From a virus (taxonomy: Duplodnaviria; Heunggongvirae; Uroviricota; Caudoviricetes), in the IMG/VR virus record IMGVR_UViG_2913177423_000004: a stretch of DNA of 5,329 nt; one strand, written 5' to 3'. The notes under the pieces are model-generated. The model had not been told where the DNA came from. It worked only from the letters and a program-made list of their open reading frames with translations, and ran no database searches. Numbering within the stretch: the stretch's first letter is position 1; the number at the start of each line of letters is the position of its first letter. This document shows positions 5,286 to 5,329 of this stretch, one piece after another. The translations under genes were made by a program, and so were the position numbers.

Positions 5286-5329
5286 GCCGGATGTGTAGTG
5301 GCATAGTAAATTTGGCCACCTGAATAGAG

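Overview
This window is the left (attL) junction of a lambda-type prophage in an Escherichia coli chromosome. Reading on the + strand: the 3' end of an unidentified phage gene (2..166); an AT-rich 233-aa orphan gene (439..1140) enclosed by a long inverted repeat with a 32-bp perfect core (241..272 / 1226..1257); a 104-aa gene with a C-terminal Cys cluster (1477..1791); a 114-aa gene bracketed by two hairpin + T-tract terminators (1856..2200); then xis (2307..2525) and int (2503..3573), whose products match phage lambda Xis and Int as far as I can recall them. The P' arm and 15-bp core of att follow (core 3647..3661), then bacterial DNA with the lipoprotein gene ybhC (3709..4992) and three tandem REP/BIME units (5009..5285). 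int, xis, attL and ybhC are ordinary. The part worth attention is the 166..2306 accessory segment of three unrecognised genes, especially the inverted-repeat-bounded 233-aa gene. All identifications are from reading the sequence and from memory; no searches were run.
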